Shown here piece by piece: positions 1 to 11,404 of a DNA stretch of 64,000 bases (position 1 is the first letter of the stretch; each line of letters begins with the position of its first letter). Both the position numbers and the translations under genes were made by a program. Origin of the DNA: Octopus sinensis (Eukaryota); assembly GCF_006345805.1 (NCBI RefSeq), contig NC_043009.1:43090001-43154000 (forward strand), written 5' to 3'. The notes under the pieces are model-generated. The model was not told the DNA's origin. It saw only the letters and a list, made by a program, of their open reading frames with translations, and ran no database searches.

Positions 1-545
1 CCATCTATCTCTTTTTCTAGTTTCTGTAATTGTTTGATTGAGACGGGATCCGATGGTTGTCTAATTTCCTGTAGCTTGTATTTTAAATGATTAAGTAATT
101 CACATCTCAGAACTTCAAGAGCCTTAATCCTTTCAATTCTTGTACCATAACCATGGCCTTCATGTATGCCAGAGAGACTCCAGTGACATTATCCTTTAAA
201 ATCCCTGATCACAATAATGAGATTGCTTGCATTTATTCTAGTAGGAAGTCTGCAGAAAGATCTCATAAAAGCAGTCATTCTGTTCCTCTGTTAGCTCTGT
301 ACAACATATGCTAAAATCAAGTTTCAATAGATTTGCTCGACACTAGCTTAAGTATAATTATTCAATCATATAATCTGACTCCCTTATCTATTAATTCTTC
401 TGCTAACAACATAACCTGACTACCTTATCTATTAATTCTTCTGCTAACAACATGCTTATTCCGCTTACCCCATCTCGTTACCTGCTCAAAGAATTCCTTC
501 TTAGTTCCTTGTCTGCCATCAGTCTAGCTAAGGCTCTTTTCCATC
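1..545 (-). mobile_element. Degenerate RTE-clade LINE, AP-endonuclease remnant
   Basis: Manual minus-strand translation gives frameshifted peptides RWKRALARL..GVSGISMLLAEELIDKV, EEQNDCFYE, LIIVIRDFKG, GIHEGHGYGTR and NTSYRK..H, in the order of RTE APE motifs. Contains a ~40-bp tandem duplication at ~375-455. Confidence 0.7.
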
Positions 546-563
546 TGCTTTTTGCACATGTAG

Positions 564-815
564 GTCAGTGCTAGAGAGTGTGCGGCCCAATTAGAGAATT
601 GTCAGTGGGGCCCTCTACTCTTCAAGAGCTGAAGATTGGTGTTTTATGCTTTGTGTAGTACATCAGTCCCAGCCAAAATGCATTGAGACTCTGTCGTTAA
701 CCAGAATGATACACTAAAAATTGAAAGCTCATATGAAAGTTTTGATGTTTTATTACAAGTTGAGCATGTACATGGACCCCTCTCTTAATACAGGGCCCCA
801 TTTGAACAAATCTAT
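564..815. mobile_element. Partial copy of the hAT-like MITE also at 39.7 kb
   Basis: GCTGAAGATTGGTGTTTTATGCT, TTGAGCATGT.CATGG and GGGCCCC..TTTGAACAAAT are reverse complements of segments in 39698-39964. Confidence 0.5.
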
Positions 816-1015
816 CTAATATATATATATAATACGTAACTTGGAAGCAGTGCTATGGATGTACCAGCACACACGAGATTGAGACATGGCCGACCTCATG
901 CATTTCTCATGAGGAATTCCAGAAGGAGCATTGTGAGACTACTGCTAAGACACTTCCAAAAAATAAAAAAGAAAAGCCGTTAGAAAACCGATTATAGCAG
1001 TGACTCCATCTAAGA

Positions 1016-1052
1016 ATATCTGAAGAAGGAATATTATTCCGAAATATCATAT
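1016..1052 (+). ncRNA. Candidate minimal type I hammerhead ribozyme
   Basis: ATAT-CTGAAGA-a-GGAAT att ATTCC-GAAA-TA-TC-ATAT: intact core, perfect 5-bp stem II, palindromic stem III (ATAT), UC cleavage site, 4-bp stem I. Confidence 0.55.
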
Positions 1053-1730
1053 CGGACTATGGATGACTAAATTACAACAGGTATATAGCCCATTGTCTGT
1101 ATTATAGTGCATTGTTGTACCATTCTGAACCTTTTTATTCTTTACTATCTAATAGGCTTAAAACCATCCCTGTGCCCACATCGCACTTGCACTTCCCTCC
1201 ATTCCAGTACTTCCACAATATTTTCTGAGAATCTCTGCATCATACTGACTTTCATGGTGACCATACTGAAGTTGTTGGCCTCACAAAAGCAGAAAGGTTG
1301 TCCTGAAGATGAATCTACTGGTTGGTGTTGCCTTCTGCAGCTGAAAGGAAGAAGCAAGTCTGCACTATTGCTTGGCAACAATCAAAAGACTCTTATATGT
1401 AACTCAATATTTTAGCTTCCAGTTGATTCTCAATTATTTCCAACTCTCCTGTGAATCACTGCAAGCAATTATTATCAACATTACTACAATTAATATGGTG
1501 GGTATTTGAACTAAATGCTTGGAATAGAAATGGATTGAGGGCTACTGTTGCTATCATTGACATATGTGTAAATACTGTTGCATGTTTATGCGGTGATAAT
1601 ATACAACGGACAAGGATTCAAGACATGAAAAAGATACATCAACAGTATGTGTGTGTGCAATTACAGAACTCGTATATGTGTGTGTGTGTGTACATGTACA
1701 CATGTACATATCTATCTATATATCTATCTG

Positions 1731-1772
<42 letters not shown>

Positions 1773-1909
1773 CATACACACACATATATATACACACACA
1801 CATATATATACTCACATATACATGCATATAAATATATAGATTATATAAGCATGTGTGTGTATAGACATGAACGCATATATGTGTTAATCTATATAAATAT
1901 CTATCTATC

Positions 1910-1944
<35 letters not shown>

Positions 1945-1950
1945 GTATAT

Positions 1951-2335
1951 GTGGAAGCACTCCGTCGGTTACGATGATGAGGGTTCCGGTTGATCCGATC
2001 AACGGAACAGCCTGCTCGTGAAATTAACGTGTAAGTGGCTGAGCACTCCACAGACACGTGCACCCTTAACGTAGTTCTCGGGGATATTCAGCGTGACACA
2101 GAGAGTGACAAGGCCGGCCCTTTGAAATACAGGTACAACAGAAACAGGAAGTAAGAGTGAGAGAAAGTTGTGGTGAAAGAGTACAGCAGGGATCACCACC
2201 ATCCTCTGCCGGAGCCGCGTGGAGCTTTAGGTGTTTTCGCTCAATAAACACTCACAACGCCCGGTCTGGGAATCGAAACCGCGATCCTATGACCGCGAGT
2301 CCGCTGCCCTAACCACTGGGCCATTGCGCCTCCAC
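1951..2335 (-). mobile_element. Full-length tRNA-derived SINE, family B (tail type 1)
   Basis: Minus strand starts GTGGAGGCGCAATGGCCCAGTGGTTAGGG (A box) and contains GGTTTCGATTCC (B box). Its 5' half matches 28497-28655. It lies between microsatellites. Confidence 0.85.
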
Positions 2336-2338
2336 ATG

Positions 2339-2370
<32 letters not shown>

Positions 2371-2395
2371 TGTATGTATGTATGGGTGTATGTAT

Positions 2396-2982
2396 GTATA
2401 CAAATAATCAGAAAATGGAAAAAACCTCAGATTAACAAATACATCGATTGGACCACATTTATAGCTTATTTTTTAATACAAAGCATGACATAACAAATAG
2501 GTGATGTAACAAATCTTACGCCCATTTCCACATCCATTGCCAAATGCTGTCTATATGTAACTGCAAAAATAAAATTCTTTATCTTCGTAGGACATTCGAA
2601 TTAAGGCACAGAGCTTCATCAGAGTAAAAAACAAGAACATCCAATATAAACAAAGCGAAGAAGGAAAGAAAAGAAAACATGGTCTAGAAAAGAAGTCAAG
2701 AAGCCATGTTTTCTTTCCTATTCCTTCGTCCCTCTGTTAATATTGGATACTCATGCTTTTTACTCTGATGAAGTTCCATGCCTTAATTCCTATGAAAATG
2801 AAGAATATTATTCTCACAATTACTTATAGAGAGTGTTTGGTAATGGATGCAGAAACGGACGTAAGCTTTGTTACGTCACCTATTTATAATGTCATGTTTG
2901 TATTTATAAACAAGCTATAAATGTGGTCCAATCAATGTGTTTGTTAATCTGAGATTTTCTCCATTTTCTGATTATTTGTATA
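2396..2982. repeat. Long diverged inverted repeat (arms ~2396-2682 and ~2704-2982), Penelope pLTR-like
   Basis: The arms align as reverse complements along their length (e.g. CTTCATCAGAGTAAAAA / TTTTTACTCTGATGAAG; GGACCACATTTATAGCTT / AAGCTATAAATGTGGTCC). Spacer is 21 nt. Confidence 0.75.
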
Positions 2983-3142
2983 TGTTTTCTGATAAACTCT
3001 TATTTATCCTGTTGTTACCTGCACTCTACGAGCATAGTGTACCTGCACACCAATGCCCAGGGATAGCACAGGTAACAGATACTGATAGTACATATGGATA
3101 TTTTATCCCTTAGTCGATTATTACAACCGCTAACTCTGTTTA

Positions 3143-3198
<56 letters not shown>

Positions 3199-4231
3199 CT
3201 CATGTGTATACAATTGTATATATGCATATATATGTATACAAACATATAAACATATAGATATGTGTGTGTGTGTGTGTCAGAAAGAGAGGGAGAGCATGTG
3301 TAAGAGAGAGAGCATGTGTGTGTGTGCACATTTCTATAAATGTTCACTAAAGAAACGGGTGCATTTTAGTACACATAAACAAAAAGAAGAATGATATATA
3401 TATATTTTTAATTGAAGATAGTTCTTTGACACTAAAAATATCCATATAGTTTCAAACAACAATGTATTTATATGAAATGAGCTTTCCCATATGCTAAACA
3501 TTTTTTTCTCTTTTGTTTTTTTGCATTTAATAGCTTTAGAACAGCAACAACAATTAAGAATATAATGCATTTTATTAATTAAGACAAAGATATAGCCACA
3601 AAAAAAAACAAGGAAATGAAATTTTAGCATATAAACCATATATAACACTCAATGACCATAAAGTTAATTTATAAATCTATTAACTAGAATTATCAATCCT
3701 ACTAACAAACAATTAGATATTGTTAATAAAGAGATCTTACACACAAAAAAAATCCCTTCAAATTAAAATAGTTCCCTATTCTACCCTTATAGAACAATAA
3801 CATTTCCATAATAAATTGGTTTAACAGCATTAACAATTAACACCAACACAAATTCACTCAGTTCAATATTATTGATTTCTCCCTGCTTCATTACCAAAAC
3901 ATTTACTCCAAAAAGCATTAATATTCGCTGGTAATTACATATCCATTAGTGAACCTGAATCTAATAATTATCATGCATATAAGTTAGCAAGGATCTTTTA
4001 ATAACATCTTATGGGTAAAGCAAAGTGGTGACCCTTGTTTTGGTATAAGTATGGGAGCCAAAGTATTGAGCTGTAATTTGTGAATTAACTGGTCTTTATA
4101 TTCTTTCTGATTTCTAATTTTTAGAATGGGTGTTTAGTAATTCATGCAAAGCTAATTCTACAGAACCACAACTATTAGTCATTTACTATTAAATTTTCAG
4201 ACCTTTTGTGACATACAAATGATATTTTAGA

Positions 4232-5090
4232 TGAAGTGGTATCAAAAAGTTCCTGGACTAAATCTGCAACGTGCCAACAGATGGCAGCACACAGTTGCAT
4301 GCACCTGAGAGCTAGCAGTGACCTTCATGTAGCAGTGTGCCAAGTGACATTGTTGTGCTTACTTTGCAAGCTGTGAAATTTGTGTACTTGTGCAGTAGTC
4401 TATGATTTTGTCATGGACAGGAACAAAGAGCCAACACGAAGTTTTGAATTAAACTTGGGAAGTCTGCTACAGAGACACTAAGTATGCTTTGGCAAGCTTG
4501 CAGCAATGAGGCAATGGGCCATACACAATGTTTCAAGTGGCGTGAGCATTTCAAAAGCAGAAGAACATCCTTGGAAGACGATGAGTGTTCTGGAAGACCT
4601 GCTATGAGTGCGACTCACTAAAATGTGGTATCGTGCATCAAGAATTCACCCCTGCAGGGCCAGACCATCAATCAAGAGTTCTACTGCAATGTTTTGAAGT
4701 GTTTGAGGAAAGACATTCAGCAGAAGTGACCATATCGGTGGAATGCAAAGAACTGGATTCTTCACTGAGCCTTCCTCACTCGTGACATTCTCACCAAGAA
4801 CAACATGTTATTGCTTCTACACCAGATTTAGCATCTGAAGACGTCAATCTCTTCCCCAAGATGAAAAGTAGCTGAATGGTCACTGTTTTAACACCCTTGT
4901 CAAGATCCAGAGAGAATCACAGAAAGTCTTTGACTTGCTTACAGAAAACATCTTCCTGGCCAGATTCCCAAAGTAGCAGGGACATTAGAGACAGCGCGAG
5001 GTGACTATTTTGAAGGAGATAATGTTAAATCTTATGTAAATAATTTTTTATTAAACTTAAGAAGTCCATAAACCTTTTGATACCACCTCA
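4232..5090 (+). mobile_element. Internally deleted Tc1/mariner element with both TIRs
   Basis: TIRs TGAAGTGGTATCAAAAAGTTCCTGGACT and AAGTCCATAAACCTTTTGATACCACCTCA(TA). Peptides GKSATETLSML..QCFKW..HFKSRRTSLEDDECSGRP and IVHQEF..GQTINQEFYCNVLKCL. Confidence 0.9.
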
Positions 5091-5213
5091 TATACATGTA
5101 AACGCATATCTTAAATATAAAAGATAATCACAATTTTCTTCTACCGAAAGCTTATCCAACATGTGCATGGGGAGAAAACAGATGTCAAAATGGGTATGGT
5201 GATGTTGATGACA

Positions 5214-5247
<34 letters not shown>

Positions 5248-5779
5248 GGAGGAGGAGGAGGAGGAGGAGGAGGAGTAAGATTATGGTGCTCCACTACTTT
5301 ACATCTCTCACTCTCCCTATGCACTATGCCCCTCTCCCTCGCTCTCTATTTTTCTCCTCCACATACACTCTAGCAACTTATCTATTGACATTATTTCTCT
5401 CTCTCTCTCCCTATCATCTTTCTCCTGTCTATCGCATTTTCTGCCGTTCTTCACCCTCTTCCATTATTATTCACCCCTATCCCTTATTCACAGTTCTCTA
5501 CACCACTTCGTTCACTATGAACCATTCCCCACCTCTATGACCCTCTCCCATACACTCACGCAACCTCTAACCACCCACACTTCCAGTTCTTGTCCCCACT
5601 CTCTTATTCTCACCTGATACCTCGAAGATCCACCCTAAGACTTCATCAAAACTATTTTTAATCTCCTTCCATCTCTATTCTGATCACCCTTACCCTCTCT
5701 TCTAAAGTCTGTGCAACCATGTAGTTCCTCCGTGGTACAAAGGAAACCATGAATTTCCTCTATGGAACCTGTTGTGCCC

Positions 5780-5990
5780 TAGCCCCTTCTCTTGTACATA
5801 ACTCTTTAGCATTTAAACTGACCATATCTGGCCCAAATATTCTTGTTTTATGTTCAAACTAGCCAGGTCTGACCTCTTACATCTACCCTACAATGTCATT
5901 TTTAAAGTAAAGAATCCCATCATTGAAATCTCAAAACTACAAGACAATGCATGAATAATTCACAATAGTGTAATGATATAAGCATTACAA
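5780..5990. mobile_element. Diverged copy of the piggyBac-like MITE at 45030-45243
   Basis: TTTAAACTGACCATATCTGGCC, TTTTATGTTCAAACTAG and CATCATTGAAATCTCAAA are reverse complements of segments at 45.1-45.24 kb. Confidence 0.55.
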
Positions 5991-5993
5991 TTA

Positions 5994-6198
5994 CTCTTTT
6001 ACTTGTTTCAGTCATTTGACTGCAGCCATGCTGGAGCACTGCCTTTAGTTGAGCAAATTGACCCCAGGACTTATTCTTTGTAAGCCTGCTACTTATTCTG
6101 TCGGTCTCTTTTGCCGAACCGCTAAGTTTGCTCAACTAAAGGCGGTGCTCCAGCATGGCCGCAATCAAATGACTGAAACAAGTAAAAGAGTAAAAGAG
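5994..6198. mobile_element. Two family-A SINE 3' tails joined in inverted orientation
   Basis: A minus-strand tail (5994-6129) is fused directly to a plus-strand tail GCTCAACTAAAGGCGGTGCTCCAGCATGGCC..GAAACAAGTAAAAGAG (6130-6198). Confidence 0.8.
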
Positions 6199-6303
6199 AT
6201 ATATAAGTATATATATATGTGTATGTGTGTGTGTGTGTGTGTGTATGTGTTTGTCTCTCTCTCTCTCTATATATATATACACACACGCATACACATATAC
6301 TCT

Positions 6304-6717
6304 TACTCTTTACTCTTTACTCTCTTTTACTTGTTTCAGTCATTTGACTGCGGCCATGCTGGAGCACCGCCTTTAATCGAGCAACTCGACTCCGGGACTT
6401 ATTCTTTTGTAAGCCCAGTACTTATTCTATCGGTCTCTTTTGCCGAACCGCAAAGTAACGGGGACATAAACACACCAGCATCGGTTGTCAAGCAATGCTA
6501 GGGGGACAAACACAGACACACAAACACACACACGCATATATATACATATATACGACGGGCTTCTTTCAGTTACCGTCTACCAAATCCACTCACAAGGCTT
6601 TGGTCGGCCCGAGGCTATAGTAGAAGACACTTGCCCAAGATGCCACGCAGTGGGACTGAACCCGGAACCATGTGGTTGGTAAACAATCTACTTACCACAC
6701 AGCCACTCCTGCGCCTA
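6304..6717 (-). mobile_element. Full-length tRNA-derived SINE, family A
   Basis: Head AGGCGCAGGAGTGGCTGTGTGGTAAG..GGTTCAGTCCC, central (TA/TG)n, tail GGCGGTGCTCCAGCATGGCCGCAGTCAAATGACTGAAACAAG(TAAAAGAG)n. More than 10 copies occur in the window. Confidence 0.9.
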
Positions 6718-7004
6718 TATACATATATAATATATATATACTATCTTAAATTAAAAACCACAAATCTTGCAAATAGCTACCATGGCTTTCCTGGTCGAAA
6801 TAGTAATTTATTCAGCCATTTATCAAGATGAAAGCAAGACCATTTGTTAGTTGCTTTTTGAATAGATAATGTATAAACAAGAGATACTTGTAAAGAAGAA
6901 GACAAAAAGGGAAAACATAACATTACAATAATTCGATGGCAAGCAGACGTAAACCAGATATAAATGGTTTACTAAGTGTCTGGTGATCTACTTTTAATTT
7001 CCAA

Positions 7005-7650
7005 CAGGATTCTTCTTTTTTTTTGAAATGTGGGCATCTTATTCCTTGAATTTATGTACTCATTGGAGGTTCTCAAATGTTTTAATGGATACAGTTTTTA
7101 AGGTAAACACACTGAACATTTTCTAGACCCATTAATATAGGATCTGGATTTAAAAAGGATTTTCCATTTGATATTGAAATTGGTCCCTTTCTATTTAAGT
7201 TTCCATATTAAAGCCACAAGGGTTGTTGAATGCCTCTTATTATGGTACCAAAATTTGAAAGATGGTTGTTATAACTAGATTTAAATTTTCCTTCTATGAC
7301 TCTAATATAACATTTGTACATCCATTGTTGTAATTTGCTAAAACCTGTGCTTTATAAACAAAGGAAGATATGTCGCACACCTGTTCTAAAGAGGACATTT
7401 AGATTTGTCTCTACATGTGCATCCAGGGCAGGCTTGAGTCACTTGTTGCTTATTGATATGTGACTTAACATTAGGAAAACAAGAAACGGTAACTTCTATC
7501 TATCAAGTGTCTGTTAAAGATTTTATTGTATCTAGGTGTTCTAAGGAAGTGGATATCTACTCAGTGCAAGAACTTTATATCTACATTTGTCCTAATATTA
7601 TGAGAGAAGGTTGGGGGCAAACTATAAAACTTTCCAAGACCTATTCTCAG
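7005..7650 (-). mobile_element. Penelope-like element (PLE) remnant: RT-linker and GIY-YIG endonuclease
   Basis: Minus-strand frameshifted translation: NKIFNRH..VSCFPNVKSHIN, CTCRDKSKCPL, FVYKAQV, EGKFKSSYNNH, IWKLK..NFNIKWKIL..SYINGSRKCSVCL. These match the canonical PLE linker and GIY-YIG motifs. Confidence 0.85.
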
Positions 7651-7770
7651 CACTAGATTAACCATTAAATGACAATGATGATGATATAGATAGATAGATA
7701 GATAGATAAATATACATACTCACACAGATATATCATCATCAACATCATCAATATCATCATCATCATCATC

Positions 7771-8276
7771 GTTTAACGTCCGTTTTCCATGCTAGCATGG
7801 GTTGGACGGTTTGACTGGGGTCTGGGAAGTCCGGAGGCTGCACCAGGCTCCAGTCTGATCTGGCAGTGTTTCTACAGCTGGGTGCCTTCCTAATGCCAGC
7901 CACTTTGAGAGTGTAGTGGGTGCTTTTTACGTACCACCAGCACAGGGGCCAGAGGAGGCTGGCATCGGCCATGATCGGTTGGTGCATTTTATGTGCCACC
8001 AACACAGAAGCCAGTCAAAGTGGCGCTGGCATCGGCCACGTTTGGATAGTGCTTTTTACATGCCACCAGCACGGGTATCACAACTACAATTTCCATTTGA
8101 TTTTCATTTTGATGTAGATACACTTGACTCAATAGGTCTCTTCAAGCACAGCAGGTCGTCCTACGATCCAAGGTACTTTTGAATGGGCTGGGGCTGGTCA
8201 TGTGAAACTGGTGTAGGATACAGCCATGAACTCACTTTATTTGCTGGGTCTTCACAGTCACAGCATATCTCCAGAG
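7771..8276 (-). mobile_element. 5'-truncated RTE LINE 3' end
   Basis: Minus strand reads LWRYAVTVKTQQIK*, then a 3' UTR with ~60-bp units and the tail CCAACCCATGCTAGCATGGAAAACGGACGTTAAAC(GAT)n, as at 51.3 kb. Confidence 0.85.
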
Positions 8277-8341
8277 ATATATGTGTGTGTGTGTGTGCAG
8301 AAGATTGAAAAGGAACACATGAGTTGATATGTATCAGGTAG

Positions 8342-8887
8342 ATAGGACAAGGTAGAAAATGCTAAAATAATTTTATCATGAAGACCATCTTAGTACTGGT
8401 TTCAGTCTTTGCGACTTTTTCAACTTAGGGTAAAGCATGAAAAACAATTAAATTGTGGAAATGTTAAATAAAATGCTTTTTTTAAATCTTTCCATAGTTT
8501 TCAAATACAAGGGACATTTTCCTTTTTTCTGCCTCTCTGTCTCTGTCTGTCTCTCCCTATCTCTGTCTCTCTCTCTCTTTTACTCTTGTGAAGGCTTGGT
8601 AGTAGGTAGTAAGTAGCAGTCCTAAAAGAATATTTGATATGGGGGATGTGAGGGACACATCAAGCTAATTGAGGGATCGGAGTCCTTCTTCAAACAGGGT
8701 CAATGTCTTACAGTGAAAAACAACTTATCATGTGCTTCAGAAAACCCAATATATGCATTAACTTGCTCAGGGTGTCGAGAGCAATACATAGGCCAAACCA
8801 AAAAGTTCAAAAAGTTGCAAAGACTGAAACTGGTACTAAAATGTTCTTCATGATAAAATTATTTTAGCATTTTCTACCTTGTCTTAT
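8342..8887 (+). mobile_element. Deleted PLE with GIY-YIG N-terminus and ~85-bp inverted terminal repeats
   Basis: 8659-8799 encodes IKLIEGSESFFKQGQCLTVKNNLSCASENPIYALTCSGCREQYIGQT. 8342-8426 is the reverse complement of 8803-8887. Confidence 0.8.
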
Positions 8888-9654
8888 TTTCCTTATATAT
8901 ATATATATATATATATATAAAACGATAGGTTTCTTTCAGTTTCCATCCACGAAATCCACTCATAAGGTTTTGGCTTGTCTAATGCTATAGTAGAAGACAC
9001 TTGCCCAAGGTTCCACACAGGACTGAACCCCAAATCATGTGTTTGAGAAGCAACTTCTTACCATACAGTCATGCCTGCCCCTACACACACACACACACAC
9101 ACACACATACACACACACACATATATATATTCCATCTGTTATACATGCATAAAGCCAGTTTTGTAAGATATAGTTTATTTTAGCATAGTCTAATTCGTTT
9201 TACTACAGTTAATTTCTTTGGAAATTTCATTAAAATTAAAATGATATACAACTGATGAAAAATCAAATGCTTTAATACAGTGTTGAATATTTTCTAATTA
9301 GTGTTATATGCATACTTAATTACACAATTTTTTTTTATTTCAATAACCAACACTGTTCAGTTAATATGTAAAGATATTGCTTGCAGTACATGGGCAGATC
9401 AAAGAAAATTCATGTGTTCATATATGTTGAAATTCATGTAACAAGGGAGATAGATGACAAGAAAATATATTTTAATATCAATTGATATTAATAATTGACT
9501 TTGCCTTTCGTCCTCCAGTGTTAGCCAGGCAAAGGGATGGGGTGGGTGATAAATAAGTGCCAATTGATTCCGGTAGGTTGATTTGATTGACTATATAACC
9601 TTGTCTTAAATTTGAGGGTTTATGCTCAATTTCTGCTGTATTAGGGTTAACATA

Positions 9655-9850
9655 TTGTCAGCCACTAAGGGACATGTTCAACTGGTCATGGTCAAACATC
9701 TATCAAACAAAGCTGTGGTACATTGGTGTGTGTGTGATTTTTTTTCTCCATCTTCCTTTTCTATTGGACTTTCCTCTGTTTCCGAAGAAGAGCTTTGCAT
9801 GAAACATAAAACCACCTTTCTTTCCTTCCCTGAGCATCTTTTAATACTTT
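9655..9850 (+). mobile_element. Non-autonomous PLE-type repeat with a decayed hammerhead motif
   Basis: GTTT-CCGAAGA-a-GAGC ttt GCAT-GAAAC-AT-A-AAAC at 9778-9812. The upstream ACTAAGGGACATGTTCAACTGGTCATGGTCAAACA recurs at ~40665. Confidence 0.5.
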
Positions 9851-9920
9851 ACTTGAACTACATCCTCGCATTGTTGCTTTTTTTTGTGTTTGTTCTTCGT
9901 TTTTTTGAATTTACTATATA

Positions 9921-9963
<43 letters not shown>

Positions 9964-10179
9964 TATATATAATACAAAATGGGACAAGAACGCAAAACAT
10001 CTGGACAACTAGGTGATACAAAAAGGGACAACAAAACATCCAGATAGACGATACAAAAAAAAAACAAGGACGGGCCATTTGAAGCTTTCTATTCTCAGTC
10101 AAGAACCAGATCATCATGTCTATATATATATTGTGTGTGTGTGTATATATATATATATGTATATATATATATGTATATA

Positions 10180-10215
<36 letters not shown>

Positions 10216-10235
10216 TGTATGTATGTATGTATGTA

Positions 10236-10266
<31 letters not shown>

Positions 10267-10309
10267 GTATGTATGTATATAAACACATTTATATATTCTT
10301 TTATTCTTT

Positions 10310-10675
10310 TATTTGGTTCAGTCATTTGACTGCAGCCATGCTGGAGCACACCCTTAAAGGGTTTTAGTTGAACAAATCAGCCCCCGGACTTATTCTTTGT
10401 AAGCCTAGTACTTATTCTGTCAGTTACTTTTGCCAAACTGTTAAGTTATGGAGACATAAACACACCAACATTGGTTGTCAAGCAATGGCAGGTCAAGAGG
10501 GAGGACAAACACAGACAAACACATAGATATACATACATACATACACACACACACACAAATCCACCCACCAGGCTTTGGTCTGCCCGAGGCTATAGTACAA
10601 GACACTTACCCAAAGTGCCACACAGTGGGACTGAACCCAGAACCATGTGGTTGGGAAGCAAGCTTGTTACCACAC
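10310..10675 (-). mobile_element. Family A SINE, older and internally deleted
   Basis: Tail, body and head all match family A with CpG decay. Confidence 0.8.
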
Positions 10676-10802
10676 AGGCAATTATAAAAATACAGTACAG
10701 TAATCCCATTGCCATATCGCAGTCCACCTATCGTGGTTTATTAGTTAAGCTTATGTCAATTCCTCCCTGGTGTTGTTTTGCATTTATATTAAGATAAATA
10801 TA

Positions 10803-11279
10803 CTCTTTACTCTTTTTTACTCTTTTACTTGTTTCAGTCATTTGACTGTGGCCATGCTGGAGCACCGCCTTTAATCGAGCAACTTGACCCCGGGACTTAT
10901 TCTTTTGTAAGCCCAGTACTTATTCTATCGGTCTCTTTTGCCGAACCGCTAAGTAACGGGGACATAAACACACCAGCATCAGTTGTCAAGCAATGCTAGG
11001 GGGACAAACACAGACACACAAACACACACACGCATATATATATACATATATACGACGGGCTTCTTTCAGTTTCCATCTACCAAATCCACTCACAAGGCTT
11101 TGGTTGGCCCGAGGCTATAGTAGAAGACACTTACCCAAGGTGCCACACAGTGGGACTGAACCCGGAAGCATGTGGTTGGTAAACAAGTTACTTACCACAC
11201 AGCCACTCCTAGTGGGACTGAACCAGGAACCATGTAGTTGGTAAACAAGCTACTTACCACACAGCCACTCCTGCGCCTA
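10803..11279 (-). mobile_element. Family A SINE with a tandemly duplicated head
   Basis: Near-identical to 6304-6717. A ~62-bp head segment occurs twice (~11149-11210 and ~11211-11272). Confidence 0.9.
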
Positions 11280-11404
11280 TACAAATTCTAAAAATAATCT
11301 TTTAAAATATACAGTACAATACTGTTTCTACTTCACGGATTTTCACCTATTGCAGGGATTTTTCAAACAGAACACCCATGATAGTCAAGGGGTTATTGTA
11401 ATAT

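Noticed and set aside
1951-2335. Terminal inverted 8-mers GTGGAAGC / GCCTCCAC suggesting a DNA transposon
   Set aside because: Too short, and the element has a clear tRNA head; likely coincidence.
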